Below are positions 1 to 13,530 of a stretch of DNA of 64,000 nucleotides, in pieces (position 1 is the first letter of the stretch; every line of letters starts with the position of its first letter). A program made the translations under genes and the position numbers. Source of the DNA: Tubulanus polymorphus (Eukaryota; Animalia; Nemertea); the NCBI RefSeq assembly GCF_964204645.1, contig NC_134035.1, positions 7,658,451 through 7,722,450 on the forward strand. The letters run 5' to 3'. The notes below the pieces were generated by a model. That model ran no database searches. It was not told where the DNA came from and was given only the letters and a program-made list of their open reading frames with translations.

Positions 1-158
1 TTTCTGCCTACCAGGATACGTATATATATTTTTTTTTTCATGCTTAAAAAGGAATTTAAGATGTGTACAGATGATCAGGGGTGGGCAAAAGCCCATTTGG
101 CACCAGGAAGAACGAAAATGCGGATGTTTACTTGCAGAAATACCAGTGTACACTATAC

Positions 159-3100
159 CTGGTCGAAGGGGATAGCTTTCTCTGTTACTGTGAACCTCCG
201 CTTTCGGGATGTTATAAAACTCTGGCACGGCGCCGAATTGCGTCCACACCTGGTGATAGTTATGAATAGTTTTCATCGCTTTATCGATATCCCCGAGTAA
301 ACTCTGCAAGATATTCGTTAAAAAAAACCGTCAAGACTCGATCGGAATTATCGCTGACAAATTTTCCCAGCATCGAAAAAAGTGAGTCAAAAATGAAAAC
401 GAATATACAACGGATTTTCAACAAAAGAATCTTATAGTTAAATCATTCTTGTAGTTGAGATTCAAAACCATTTTGTTCTAGATAGATTTATATTGTACAG
501 TCCAACCCTCATAATCAGAACCAGCTTAATCCAGACTTCAAAGAAATCTAAATGTTATTGACAGTCCAGCTATATATAATGTATAACAATGTCTAATCCC
601 CATTTCTCGTAAACCAGATCAATTTCATTTGTTCTGGTGATCTGAATTAAGCTGGTTTTAATTTTGTAGATGATAGAATCTGCCACTGATAAAAGAAGTC
701 TACCGGTATATGTGCCTAGGCATACCTGCAGTCCAGGCCAATAGGCATCTAGTGACTGGAATACTGGCAGAGTGACAGTTCCCTTCTTCATTCCCACCCA
801 TAGGTACCAGTCTTCTTTTTTCACGTATTTTTCTATGGCAACGAGCGATTCTGAAATAGAAATAATAAGAAGACACCAGTAAACATGTAGGTAAGACAGT
901 AGCGGAGCAAGTACAAATACAATTCTTGTAAATACTCTTCATTTTCATAGTACATTTGTACAAGATTTGATGCAGTGCAACATATAAAGATGTATAAACA
1001 TTTAGAAATAGAAGACGTACGATGCTAACTAATTCATTCACTGTAACTATACGGTTGACTGAAAGATTATGAGTTGATTGAATGAGTAAGTTGACTGTTA
1101 GATTATGAGTTGATTGAATAAGAGAGTTGACTGTTAGATTATGAGTTGATTGAATGAGTAAGTTGACTGTTAGATTATGAGTTGATTGAATAAGAGAGTT
1201 GACTGTTAGATTATGAGTTGATTGAATAAAAGAGTTGACTGTTAGATTTTGAGTTGATTGAATAAGAGAGTTGACTGTTAGATTATGAGTTGATTGAATA
1301 AGAGAGTTGACTGTTAGATTATGAGTTGATTGAATAAAAGAGTTGACTGTTAGATTATGAGTTGATTGAATAAGAGAGTTGACTGTTAGATTATGAGTTG
1401 ACTAAGCTTGAGTTGACTCAAAAATTACAACTGGAGAATGTAATATTGCAAATTACATTTTTTGCATTGATGATGTTCAATATGTAACAGTAACACGATG
1501 AACAAATAAACCGAAATGAAAAATAAATTTTTTTGACGCCTTATAAAACGTTACCATTATGAAACCTTAACAATGTTAACCATTCAGCGTCATTTTACAA
1601 ACGACAGCCGTAAATCGATGTGCAAAACGTCACAGGTCTATGTGTACACAAATAAGCTATCTGGCAAAATATTATTGACATAGATGTAGAATGGCTTCCT
1701 GTGATTATATAATGACCTATATTTGAACGTCGAAATGTTATATTGCATTGAATATCATTAGAAGACGTATTGTAATAGTAAAGGATGTATGATTATATCA
1801 GAAGCGGCAGGCATAAATAGAAATGATAAGTAAATCGGATTATTCGGTTAAATGGCGGATGTATACACGATTTGGAAGTCTGATATAAAAGTCAGACCCT
1901 GACGTGGGCATGCCGGTGGAATGACGAAGCTATCTACGATGTGTGTAGGGCCGGCGTGAATTTCATCAGCGGCTACAAGCGGTCAATATGAAAATGTGTA
2001 AACATATAATTTCAATATTCAAACGTTTTAGAAAATATGTTTGATATTAGGAGTATGCAGGTTTCGTGAGATTAGCAATTTATAATAGCATAGCTGTCAT
2101 ATACGGCTCCGCGTCCTCTGATGGCATGTGTATTAGGTGACAATTCAATTCAATTCTTTATTGATCCTTATTACATTGAAATTTCGGGATAAAATTCCCA
2201 AATTCAATAAATACAAATTTTAAAATAAATTAATACAACATACATGACACACCGGTAATTCATACAGAACAACATAAGCATGTTATTTTAAATGACAATG
2301 TCTACTTCAACCCACCCAGACTCAAGACTCTAGGATATCGAGTGACAGCCAAACCCGTGGCCCGGGCCGGCTGGCTAGGCCACACGATATGCTCGAAGTC
2401 ATGATGAAGCAGACATCAGAAGTTCTTCAACCATGGAGGCAATGAAGTTGCAGACCAGCTTAGAGGCATAAGTAAATGAAGTCGGTCGCAAGTTCGCGAT
2501 CAATTATTAAGAATTTTCAATAAAAAAATTTAAACCACTACTAGAGTCGAAGACCCGCTGTATCATCTACCCAATCGCCAAATCTCATCATTCCCCAAAT
2601 TTCTTAAAACTTCGATTTCAAATTTGCAATTCCACATTAGCTTAGCCCAGAAATTATACATTTTTTTCGCAGGCGTCAAATAATTTTCTAAAATTAATTT
2701 TCTTGTTTACACCTTACTCCCATAGGCAGCATCTATGTATTCTACCCTGTATATACCCTAATATAATATAGACCAATAAAGATAAGACCTGAAAATTACA
2801 GTAACGCTTTGTTCTTGGAAGAAAATTTGTACTTGTATCAGTAGAAAACAGAATACCGCGTACCTTTAAACATGTGCAATAAATGAGGTTTGTTGAATAG
2901 CATCGATGCTTTGACGAGATATTCAAAATAAGAATCCACACCAGCTCCAATACCGGTATCTAAAGCCGTCCATTTACCTGTCTGCACATCTATATGATTT
3001 CCTACCTACAAAAACAATTCAAACATCTAAACCTGAGAGGTGAATTTCAGCATTATAACATATGAAAGGACCCCAGGACAAACTTCAGTTTTCATAGCAA

Positions 3101-6100
3101 AACTGATTGGAACTGATAATCGAGCTTGACAACCCAATAGTCCATATACATCTTAGAACTAGGTCTAAACAGCAACTTTGAGCCAAATAGTCGATACATA
3201 ATTCATATACATCTTAGAACTAGGTCTAAACAACATCAACTTTGAGCCCAATAGTCCATACATAGTCCATATACATCTTAGAACTAGGTCTAAACAACAG
3301 CACCTTTGATCCCAATAGTCCATATACATCTTAGAACTAGGTCTTAACAACAGCAACTTTGAGCCAAACAGTCGATACATAGTCCATATACATCTTAGAA
3401 CTAGGTCTAAACAACAGCACCGTTGATCCCAATAGTCCATATACATCTTATAACTAGTCTTAACAACAGCAACTTTGAGCCCAATCATCCATATACATCT
3501 TAGATCTAGGTCTAAACAACAGCAACTTTGAGCCCAATGGTCCATACATAGTCCATATATATCTTAGAACTAAAGGCGTTTTTATTTAAGCAACTCGAAT
3601 CAACACGGATCGAATCGTCCATTTATTCAAGCAACGCGCCTACAACGATTTGCCTACAACGTCCATTTATTTAACCAAATTGCCAACGCGAGTACCCAAC
3701 GCGACCAAATCGCTCATCCAAGCGCTTTGATTCGATTTGCTACGACAGTGGAGAGTTCGGTGATAGATCAAAAACAAAATGGCGGCTTTTTCAATCGCAG
3801 AAATTTCAGGTTCCGGTTGTGGAGAGTAGGGTCATTTATTTAAGGCGATTCGATTTGTATCACGTCACAGTAATCGACGGAGCGAAGCGATTTTATACAA
3901 GTTGCTTAAATAAAAACGCCTTAGGTGTTAATCAGCAACTTTGAGCCCAATAATCCATATACATCTTAGAGCTAGGTCTAAACAACAGTAACTTTGAGCC
4001 CAATAGTCCACACATAGTCCATATACATCACAGAACTAGGTCTAAACAACAGCAACTTTGCTATTATGTCGTACATGTAGTTCATACTAACACGATATCC
4101 AATTTCACTTTGTCCGTAAAAGCAGTAAAACAGCTATTCAGGATTAATTTAATCTAATATGGATATTACTTATGGTGTATTCTAAATTAACGTACCAAAC
4201 CGATTTCTGAACGACTATTCCACAATCCATCGAGTGCCTTCAGCGCGACCTCTTCGAATACGGGATCACCGGTCAGACGACTTAACGTACCGAATTCTAC
4301 GATGAACGTACCGACACCTGCCGTACAAGTCACTGACGTTTCATCCTTCGGAATACCGTGTCGTAGATTTACGGTTCCGTACGGCATTCCGGTTTTCGTC
4401 TGAAAAGCTTTAAACGAAAAAATACAGAAACACTTGATTATATTATTCCCAGAATTTTTCAAAAATTGAAAAAAAAAGAAGATCTTCCTTTAGTCCTAAA
4501 TAACATTCTCTATCGTTTCTCTAAAGATGGGATGTACAAATATTCCCTATACTGCAACTAACGTAAGATACCAAATAGTCACCGGTAATACCGACTCTCA
4601 TATATCCTCTACAAATGTTGACCAAATGCAAGATTTGTGGTGTACCATAGGGCTGTTTATCGGAAGATGGCACTCAAAGTGTGTCATAGTGCTCACACCT
4701 TAACATTTTATAATCAATTTAATACATCAGGCGTGGGATTTTATTGAATTCGTCTTGAAACCATAATTTTTCTTGTTATCAACGGTTGCCTTTTGATTAC
4801 GACTGCAGATGATATAGTATTCGTGGAAAACAAGGTATACAATATGAAAGAGTTGCGCTGGGAATTACCTGGCAGAAGACGACGAGCCACATTCTCAGCG
4901 AGGTCGAGTAGAGGACCGGAGCATGGCCAGCCATCGTTGAGTTTAACCTGACAGCGATTTGACAGTAAATGAGCAGACAGCAACCCACCAACAACTGCAA
5001 ATAGTGAATGAATAAACAAACTTCAAGTGCAAGGTCTCTCTATGATTAGAATGTCTAATAACGCCGTTCCAATTTTTAAAACAGAATAGGCCTATACGTG
5101 TACTTTATTCAAGCTTTTTTTTGTTGGTTAAGTTAATCGCATGAATAAGGTTTATCAATATACACAATGGTTTGGAAATCATTTTTCACGGTATTTTCCT
5201 CTTAATATAAAAATCTGGTATGTTTTAATTTTTCCATTCTTAGTTGGTTTTATTTATGTTCTATCTATCGTAAATCATTTTTTCAGTACTTTATCTACAA
5301 TTGTCAAAAATACCGGATAACGGTCTACAACAAACAAGCTTATTTCAATGTTTCTTACCTCTGATGTTCGTTTCGAATACCGAAGCGTTGATATCCATGT
5401 CGAAATCGACTTTCTTCACGAACTCAGTGACGCGATTAAACTCTGAACAATTGCCCATTATAGCCAGCGTATCCAGAGCGTCGATTAGAGTCAATGAAAA
5501 ACTGTTAATAAAAGTCACACATAATTTAATCATTTAAGTCAATTACGCCAGAGGTTACTGTTCTTAAGGTACAATAACAACACCGTGAAGACCGGTCTAA
5601 GCACAGTTTGGTTCTATAACCAATCTAACAAATGAAAACCAGTTAAATGATCTTAAATCGATTTTGGTGGGCGCAGGAGTTCAAAATACATCAGTCTACA
5701 ATGCCATGAAAGTGCCAACCTCTGCCAAGAGAGAATGGAATTCAGCAGCAATAAATTCCTCAAAAATGGTAACCAAATTCTAAGGAGCCAACTTGTTCTT
5801 TATAAATCTGATAATATAGGCAATGAGTATTAGTGCCTAGTTTAAATCATAATTACCTGCCCCACGTATCATGCCCATCACAAGTCAAAGGTCGCAGTTC
5901 ATCATAAGGGTATGCATTATTCATGTAACCATTGTAAGCATGGGCAAACATATTTTTGGCTCTATCCCTGGAACAAAGGAGAATTGTGAAAAACACACTA
6001 CAAGGTTAATCATAGATTCACTGACCTCACTGATCATTGACATTCACTGCCCTCCTTTTCCGAAGCATTTTCAATGAATACATTCAGTTCAGTTGAAATA

Positions 6101-6550
6101 TTTTCTGGCAGTTCAATTCGGGTCACAATTTGTTGTAGAAAAACCTTTTAGGTTTTTAAGCAAATTCATAGATCATACTTAATCAATATCTGTGAGTACT
6201 ATACGCATAAATAAGGTTAAACAACTTTAAAAGTTTTAGACGGCTTAAAGTAATGCCTATACAAATATCGCATCCTAAATAAAACAGTTAACAATGTGAT
6301 ACATCGTAATTTCAGGCATAGCCTAATCCAAAAGGCATTCACGATAAACAAAAACGAAAATCTGAATTCGTTATTCAATTTATAAGACTTTTTACCCAGC
6401 AGCCAGTCACACGCATAGGCAGAGTTTAAGCACTTACTTGTAAATTCTAAAATCATTATCGGTGAATCTGTGTACATTGACCGCCGTTATCAATGACAGC
6501 AATGGTATCGCAATGACCACTCTTAATATACACTTCAACATGATGAACAT
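159..6550 (-). CDS. EDEM2: ER degradation-enhancing alpha-mannosidase-like protein 2 (GH47), 5' part; gene continues off the left edge
   Basis: Exons with GT-AG and matching phases: 6438-6550, 5857-5967, 5359-5501, 4869-4994, 4196-4407, 2864-3005, 726-850, 159-303. Translation has a signal peptide ([23 protein letters not shown]) then [74 protein letters not shown] and YPLRP, all EDEM2-type GH47 motifs. Confidence 0.95.
1050..1410. repeat. 36-bp minisatellite, about 10 copies (TTGACTGTTAGATTATGAGTTGATTGAATAAGAGAG), in EDEM2 intron
   Basis: Directly visible period of 36 (units start at 1091, 1127, ...). Confidence 0.93.
3135..4060. repeat. ~52-63 bp minisatellite (CCAATAGTCCATATACATCTTAGAACTAGGTCTAAACAACAGCAACTTTGAGC) interrupted by a MITE
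   Basis: Repeated units at 3135-3572 and 3922-4060; explains the repetitive ORF 3165-3545. Confidence 0.9.
3574..3921. mobile_element. MITE with 22-bp perfect TIRs, probably PIF/Harbinger-type
   Basis: AGGCGTTTTTATTTAAGCAACT ... AGTTGCTTAAATAAAAACGCCT, flanked by TAA/TAG where the intact satellite unit reads AAC-TAG-GT. Confidence 0.85.
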
Positions 6551-6629
6551 TTTTTCACTGAAAATGAATTAGAAATTTCTAGCATCAATCAAATTGCATG
6601 TCAATTATTATACCCCATGCCCACTGCAG

Positions 6630-7030
6630 TTTAGGCAGCAACCTGACTGCGGTTTAGACAGTAACCTGACTGTGGTTTAGACAGTAACCTGACTACGGTC
6701 TAGACAGTAATCTGACTGCGGTTTTGACAGTAATCTGACTAAGGTTTAGACAGTAATGTAATTGCAGTTTAGACAGTAACCTGATTACGGGTTTAGACAG
6801 TAATCTGACTGCGGTTTAGACAGTAACCTGACTACGGTTTAGACAGTACTCTGACTGCGGTTAAGACAGTAACCTGACTGCAGTTTAGACAGTAATCTGA
6901 CTACAGTTTAGACAGTAACCAGACTGCAGTTTAAACAGTAATCTGAATGCGGTTTAGACAGTAACCTGATTACGACTTAGACAGTAACCTGACTGCGGTT
7001 TAGAAATAAGACAGTAACCTGACTGCGGTG
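6630..7030. repeat. 23-bp minisatellite (TAGACAGTAACCTGACTGCGGTT), about 17 copies
   Basis: Period 23 visible (6651, 6674, ...); unit matches the terminus of the Academ-like element family in this window. Confidence 0.93.
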
Positions 7031-7323
7031 GTTTATGAAAGGCTCAAGTAGCCTAGCTGTATATGCTATATTTAATTAAACACTAGAATCGAATAAATCT
7101 CGTTTGAATTCAATTGACGTTGGGGTGGATTTTGCCGGCAACGTTTTTAAGCGGAAAATCGGTATTACCAAAAAAGAAGATGATCAGCTTATCACTATAG
7201 AGGCCTAGTTTCAAAGACTGTTGTTCTCAATATATATTGGTCACTAAGTTCATGAAACTACAATCAGTAATGAATTGTTTTTTGTATGTCCCTCTCTAAA
7301 TCAATTTTTATTTTAGCAGAAAC

Positions 7324-7335
7324 CCGGAAATGACG
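7324..7335. promoter_or_regulatory. Candidate ETS/half-CRE composite site upstream of EDEM2
   Basis: CCGGAAATGACG about 0.8 kb 5' of the EDEM2 ATG. The ATG exon has an acceptor at 6558-6559, so a 5'UTR exon and promoter should lie upstream. Motif match only. Confidence 0.3.
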
Positions 7336-9184
7336 CTGATCACTCGTTCCAAGCCTGCAAAATCGGTTAAGTCTAAAGTTGGGCTTCGACTGTAAGATCT
7401 AAAATGCGGTTCTGGAACAATGTGTAACCCGCCGCCTGGCCGTCATCGCAAACCTAGAAAATGTAGTTCTCAAATGTAGAAATGAATAAATTGAAATGTA
7501 GAATATTCTTTAATATCACTTTGAATTTTTGATTCAATATGCCCCGGTCAAACGCGCCTAAAAAGTAGTATTTTTCACGGCGTAGCCGGTGCCATTTCCC
7601 GGAAATTAATCTGTAAGATACAGATTAATCTGTAAGATACAGATTAATCTGTATAAGTATACTTACAGATTAATTTCAAATTAATGCCAGGTGCGGATCG
7701 ATTCAGCTAATAAAAACACGTTCTTACTATTCCAGCATCTTGAGACAAACACTGCCTTTATTCTCCTCTACACTAAGAATAGGCCGCTAGGCTTACCGCC
7801 AAGTGCCACGGCTAACACTTTAATAAATCCTCAGTGAGAGTATGAAAATCTTCTGAAGTAAAACTTTCGCCTTCCTACCTCAGGATTGGCATATTCAAAA
7901 ATCTAAATACTAATAGTCACATAAAAATCCATTTAGCTGCAATCTATTTTCTTCAAAAGATGGCCATGAATTTGCCTGCCGAAATACAGGTTTTTACGAC
8001 CTAAGACCGAGGAATATGACGACTCAACCAGTGCAGCTCACTGGCATTCATATGTTATCCCCAGAAAAATAGTGCATACTTTGAACTGTTCAAAGTAACC
8101 CCTTTAGTGCACCGGTGCAGGGGAAAATATTTTTTACCCCAGAGGAACAAAGAATACAATGTATTTTTCGTTGTAATTATAAGGGAAATGAACTGTTTCT
8201 ACAGATCCCGTGGGTCTTTATTCGTTAACTCTACACTGAGATTTTTTTATCAGGTCACTGCAGTCACTTCTCATAGTATTTTCAGTAATAGTATAACTAA
8301 AATGCACAAGTATATTAGGAACATGCAAAACTTATTATTCGTACATATCTCGCGAAGAGTTCGACTTGAAAGTATCCAGAACTTTTCTTTTTCAAACCAA
8401 GCTTAAGAACTGCGGAAATCCAGAAACTGATTCGAAATACCTGGTGCATATGTATGTTTGATGACATCCACTGATCTGGGAAAGATTAAGAACCAGGTCG
8501 AGCGGTTTTCCCCGTTCCCACGAACCGTAAGAAACACCAACGTATTTATTGGGTGTCCGTGGACCAAATTTACTTGGATTAGGTCAGTCAAACTGACATA
8601 TATAATAACACAATTTTTAAAACGTCTTTTGTCTTTGCAAAACTGAACTCTTCACATAAACCGGGTTTATAATTCTAACTAACACCAATCATTGTACGTT
8701 CGTTACTAATGGTTATCATTAATCAACAGTATACAAATTAAATACCATACGTGTATTCTTGTTCGGGCAAATAGTTCACAAACAAGAAATCGCTGTCGTG
8801 AGACATTTTCAATGCAATACATGCATTTAAAACATATATAAGGAATTCACAGATAAATGACTAGAATAGTGTTTGTATACAGCTGTATGGTATTTGTAAA
8901 ATGGTGTTTCAAATTCATCGGGGAAGTTTTCATTGAAAGGAAGCCAGCAGTTACACAGCGTCGATCAATGATTTTATCAGTAATTCATCAAATGAAAGCC
9001 AGCAGTTACATGGACTGAAGTTGAATGGATTGCAAGGAATACGGATTTTATTAGAAATGAATAGACAGTTTCATGGTCATTAAACCCATCTGCTATGAGA
9101 ACCAGCGATATGTACCACGTTGCGTTGACCGTTATATCAGTCTTTTAGTTTCCAAGATCATCGCACGATCGGAACATCATCACC

Positions 9185-9340
9185 ATGTGGAACTCAAACC
9201 TAACGTGGAGTCATAATACTTTATGTATCGTCGTGATGGTAATAAACATACTGGTAGTTGCGGTATTTTTTATGGTGTATTCCGATGTCAGATTTACCGT
9301 CGATGACAGAGCCGCTGGAAGTAACAATACTCACACTTAA
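9185..9340 (+). CDS. Candidate 51-aa single-pass membrane micropeptide
   Basis: CACC-ATG ... TAA, MWNSNLTWSHNTLCIVVMVINILVVAVFFMVYSDVRFTVDDRAAGSNNTHT; acceptor-like CTTTTAG ends at 9148. No homolog recognised. Confidence 0.22.
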   Translation: MWNSNLTWSHNTLCIVVMVINILVVAVFFMVYSDVRFTVDDRAAGSNNTHT

Positions 9341-11320
9341 GAAGTGTCGCATTATTAGGCGGATGTCATTTCCACCGTTGAGAATTTTTCTAGTCGCAGT
9401 TTGAAGGATTACCGAGAAAAAAAGCTTAAATACTATGCGTGTCAAGCCCTAAGTGTCAAGCTTAAATACTATGGATTTGGCTAAAGATGACGTTGGGCGA
9501 ACAGTGTAAATAACCCAACCTTTTTTCAAAAGTGTACCGCGTGTGATTGATGATTCATTAAGATGTACGTATTACGTAAATGTTCCGAAAATCCTCGAGA
9601 GGGCCTATCAATCAAACTTGGAAACGAATGGACGGAATCTCGTAACGAGCTAGTTGCATCGAGCGACATGTCGGTGAATTCTTGTGGAACTAAAATCCAG
9701 CGAATGTCTCAAAAAGTCAAATTCATCAAAACAATCAACTAAAAGTCATTTCTATCACATATTTTCTTTTTTTATTTTTAATCATAGCAAGTTGAAGGTT
9801 TTTTGCAAATCAATTATACAGCTTTTAATTTCGTCATTTAAAACTGCGTCTACATTTCGTTTTCTACCTGGAGATTTAATTTAGTGTCTCTAGACCCAGT
9901 TTCACGAGGAGGATTAACTGTTCAATCGATTTCATTTCCTTATTAATTCAACTATCTAACGTCGATTTAGGGGTTGATGATTTTTGTGAAACTGGGTCTT
10001 GAGATTCTCTAGCTTTAATTTCTTATATTTTTGAGTATTTCGCAGCAGAATATTTTCTTCAGAATAGTCCAAAACAAGCTCTGCCAGTCGAGGTAGACAC
10101 CGATGTAGACGCTTGTAGATGATTTCTTTTACGTACAGAAGAACCTAGGCTTAACTCGGATCATTAGGGATCAATCAAATGAATCCGATCTTAAAGAAAT
10201 CCCGATTCTTTTACATACATTTTTCTATAGGTGGACCGCAAATGGATTGGATCCAAACCTGGATTGGACTGATCCGGATTAAGCGGATTTAACTGTACCT
10301 ATTTTCCCCTCGCTGATAAATATACACTCATTACAAGTTATTCGTAATAATTACCTCACAAGAAACCGCGTGCGTTTATTATATTGTCATAGTAAAAAAG
10401 CCGTAAAGGGCGATCACCGAAAAACTAAACACGTCATTTTAACTACAAAGATGATAAAAATAATAATTATTATAATATATCAATTCGGATGCAAAATATC
10501 CTATTAAATTTACACTCAGTATTTTTCATTTCATTAATTTTACACAAACATGAATCTAATTTATCAATCAAGCGCTTTACACAAAATAATTAGTATTTGC
10601 GTTAGAGCTTGGGAGCGTTAACCTACCCTGAAGGTTAGAGTATTACTAATATAGATGAGTTTAACACAGTTGTTTTGCTGCCACGTTCACCTATTCATTA
10701 TGAATCTTTAGGGTAAAATAAAATGATACTTCATTTCTACTTATCGGCCGGGTTATATTGTAAACTGCAATAAAATTTGTAATCAGTACATTTCTGTAAC
10801 TGCCGGGTCTGTTATGGTTAGCCCGATCATGATTTGGAAAGAAAGTCATGTACAGCGGGCGGCCCGTCAATTTTTTATGCTCGACCGAAATGAGAAACAA
10901 GGTATCAATTTTTTTAGCCTTTCTTGTGATGTAAACTCGTTTTATTCTACCTGGCATGTTCAATTTATTACATGCCCGTTCGTTACAATACACTCATCGC
11001 AAACCATAATAGAAGCTTAATTCCACGGATGGAATGACAATCGATAGAAGTTTCGCTGACAATTTGTTTATGTCTTATAGTACTTTGTTGTTTTTCTTAT
11101 GTCTCAACAGATGACACTCACAATTTTGGTTAAATTCTAAGTTAACTGCTAAACCTAGAATCGAGGACCGACGGAGCTGACCTTAGCGAGATTCGTTTCA
11201 GACTGTTTCGCTCATTGAAAATTGCATCGAGAACAGGAAAAACAATAAGGCGTGGATTTGATTTTGATTTACCAATTGTGAGTTAGTTTTGACTCCAGTC
11301 CGAGATGTTTTCTAACCCAG

Positions 11321-11430
11321 GGACCGGTTCCACAGTTGTGAGTTAGAGTTAACTCAAGAGTTAAAAATCAGTTCATTTTCAAAGTTTTAACTCTGGGGTT
11401 GAATTTAACTCAGCACTGTGGAACTGGATC
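11321..11430. mobile_element. Harbinger-type MITE (CWG target family)
   Basis: GGACCGGTTCCACAGT ... CTGTGGAACTGGATC flanked by CAG on both sides. Confidence 0.65.
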
Positions 11431-12644
11431 CAGGAGTCAAATTTTAACTCACTGACCGCAAGGGTGACATTATTTTCACATTATCTAAGTCAAGAACTGA
11501 CCAATAGTGGAACTGGCTCTACAAACACTGGTCCCGCGCGGTCATGGGATAACTACAATAGCTGCGTCAGTAATCAACCGCATGTAGAGGTTTCGCACAG
11601 TAATGAGTCAACCGTAGAATACGATCACCTCATATTTAAAATGCCACGACGGAACATTCTCTATTTTGACCAAGAGGAAACAAGATTCGGGCGAAACGGT
11701 TTTAGTCGTTAAATACCGGTAGACCATTCTACCCCAAATCCTGCGCCATCCAAAAAATAGCTCAGTTTCAAATGTGAAATATGTACACACTGGTTACAAA
11801 TGATAGTTTCCCTGATGTTCATTGCAATAATTAGCATTAGCATTTCCAGCACCCCAAAAAAAATCATCCGCAAAAAAAACCAGCACTTAACGTCGAATAT
11901 GCACCTTCAATTCATACAAATGAGTAGTGGATGTAGATTAGATCCAAATCATGCACACATTTATCTAAACACACGGTACATGTATATATATGCTGTTTCC
12001 AAAAAACATTCTGAAGCTAGATATCCAGTTCAATTCAAAGATGATAACTATAAAGCGATATTTCACCAATATTAAAAGCATTGATCACGACAAAACCTTT
12101 TTAAGGAATAAAGCCCCCATCTATAACAGTAAATGTTATTTATGTACACAGCATGCATTTTATGCGCATCATCGGCACTGTTTTTATACGTTCCAAATGT
12201 TAAAAGTAATCCATATAACGAATCCTCTTCATCTAAAGTACGATGGTATGAATTGATGGTAGAATGAAACGTTACGTAGACTTTATCCTTGATGGTGATG
12301 AGTAAAACCATTAGAGGGAGATTCAATATCAGTACGCCAAGGGCTTTTATATAGATTCTAGCCGGGGGTTTAACTCGGTGCCATTGAAACTGGCTCCAAC
12401 AGCTCAATTATATTCTAAAAAAAAAACTGAGGGAAAACAGACAAGATAAAGTGACATATACTGTAAATTAGGAAGCCTGCAGTAAAATTTAGCATGTTCC
12501 TAAGATCTGGGCTGAAATGGCTGGTTGAAACTGATACAGCAATGGCTGGTTGAAACTGATGGGTACAGCGCTAATGATAACTGTTGACTATTAGGTTGTT
12601 TTGCATATGACTTTAGTATTGCCTTCTATTTTATTTGTAGATAC

Positions 12645-12819
12645 AGTGGAATCCCGTCATAACGACCTCAGATATAACGATTTACCAGTAATTACAAACC
12701 TAGAATTTTGTCCAAAATAGGACAATTTCAATGATTTCATACTGAATATAAGGAACTGTTGGCTATAAACGAACATATTTTCGAGTCCCCTTGAAGTTCG
12801 TTGTGACACGATTCCACTA
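12645..12819. mobile_element. pogo/Tigger-like MITE, paralog of 42663-42839 and 50147-50320
   Basis: TA-CAGTGGAATCCCGTCATAACGA ... GTTCGTTGTGACACGATTCCACTA; shared internal AGAATTTTGTCCAAAATAGGACA. Confidence 0.7.
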
Positions 12820-13189
12820 TTTTTGTCCACCGCACACAAAAACAAGGTACATTATGTTTCTACTAGAACAAATCAATACAGTCATCCATACATACATGTA
12901 TATATATCATTTTATATATATAAACAGCCATGATAAAAATATACAAATATCAATTCAAATTTATTCAGTGTGATGCTCAATCAATGATAAAAAATACAAT
13001 TCGGCTCGACCAAAAATTCGGAACACACGCATTGAAACAACTAGTGTTGCGGTATTCTCGTAACATAAAATGATTGCTCTGCAGACGCAAGCTGCATAGG
13101 ACAGCGCGGGACACGAACGTTTCCAAGATTAAATTACTCGATACAATATTGTTTACAATTAAAACAGCAATGATACTTAAACAGAAATA

Positions 13190-13316
13190 CAGTAAGACTC
13201 CCACTGTTTGGCGACGTGAATGTTCTCGTTTCAAAAAACTTTTACTCTGCATCTCGAAAACTCTGAATTTCGGAATTTCATCGGTACCAATTTTACCGAA
13301 ACGGTGGAGTCTACTG
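13190..13316. mobile_element. Tc1/mariner-pogo-like MITE with TA TSD
   Basis: TA|CAGTAAGACTCCCACTGTTTGG ... CGAAACGGTGGAGTCTACTG|TA. Confidence 0.7.
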
Positions 13317-13530
13317 TATATATTTATTGACGTAATCGCGTTTGTAAACCTGAGAATATCAGGGATGATGAAAATAAAGAAATAAGCCGTTATCATCGGG
13401 CACACTTAACATCGGGGACTTCAATTCGGTCGGCGATGTTAAAAGGATCAGAAAGTGTATGTTTGTTGGTAACTCATGAGAACGCGTTGACAATAATTCG
13501 TAATTACGCTACAGACATTATTTCGATCGA

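Noticed and set aside
1900-1907. UPRE motif TGACGTGG in an EDEM2 intron
   Set aside because: A single 8-mer deep in an intron; plausible by chance in 64 kb.
3165-3545. 126-aa ORF
   Set aside because: Translation of a minisatellite.
6630-7030. CRISPR-like array
   Set aside because: Units are contiguous without unique spacers, there are no cas genes, and the context is eukaryotic.
8960-9020. Box C/D snoRNA
   Set aside because: Poor C box (ATGATTT), no terminal stem and no recognisable rRNA guide.
12977-13405. 142-aa ORF with a hydrophobic stretch
   Set aside because: Crosses a MITE, lies in the presumed DHP/CRMP distal 3'UTR and has no recognisable domain.
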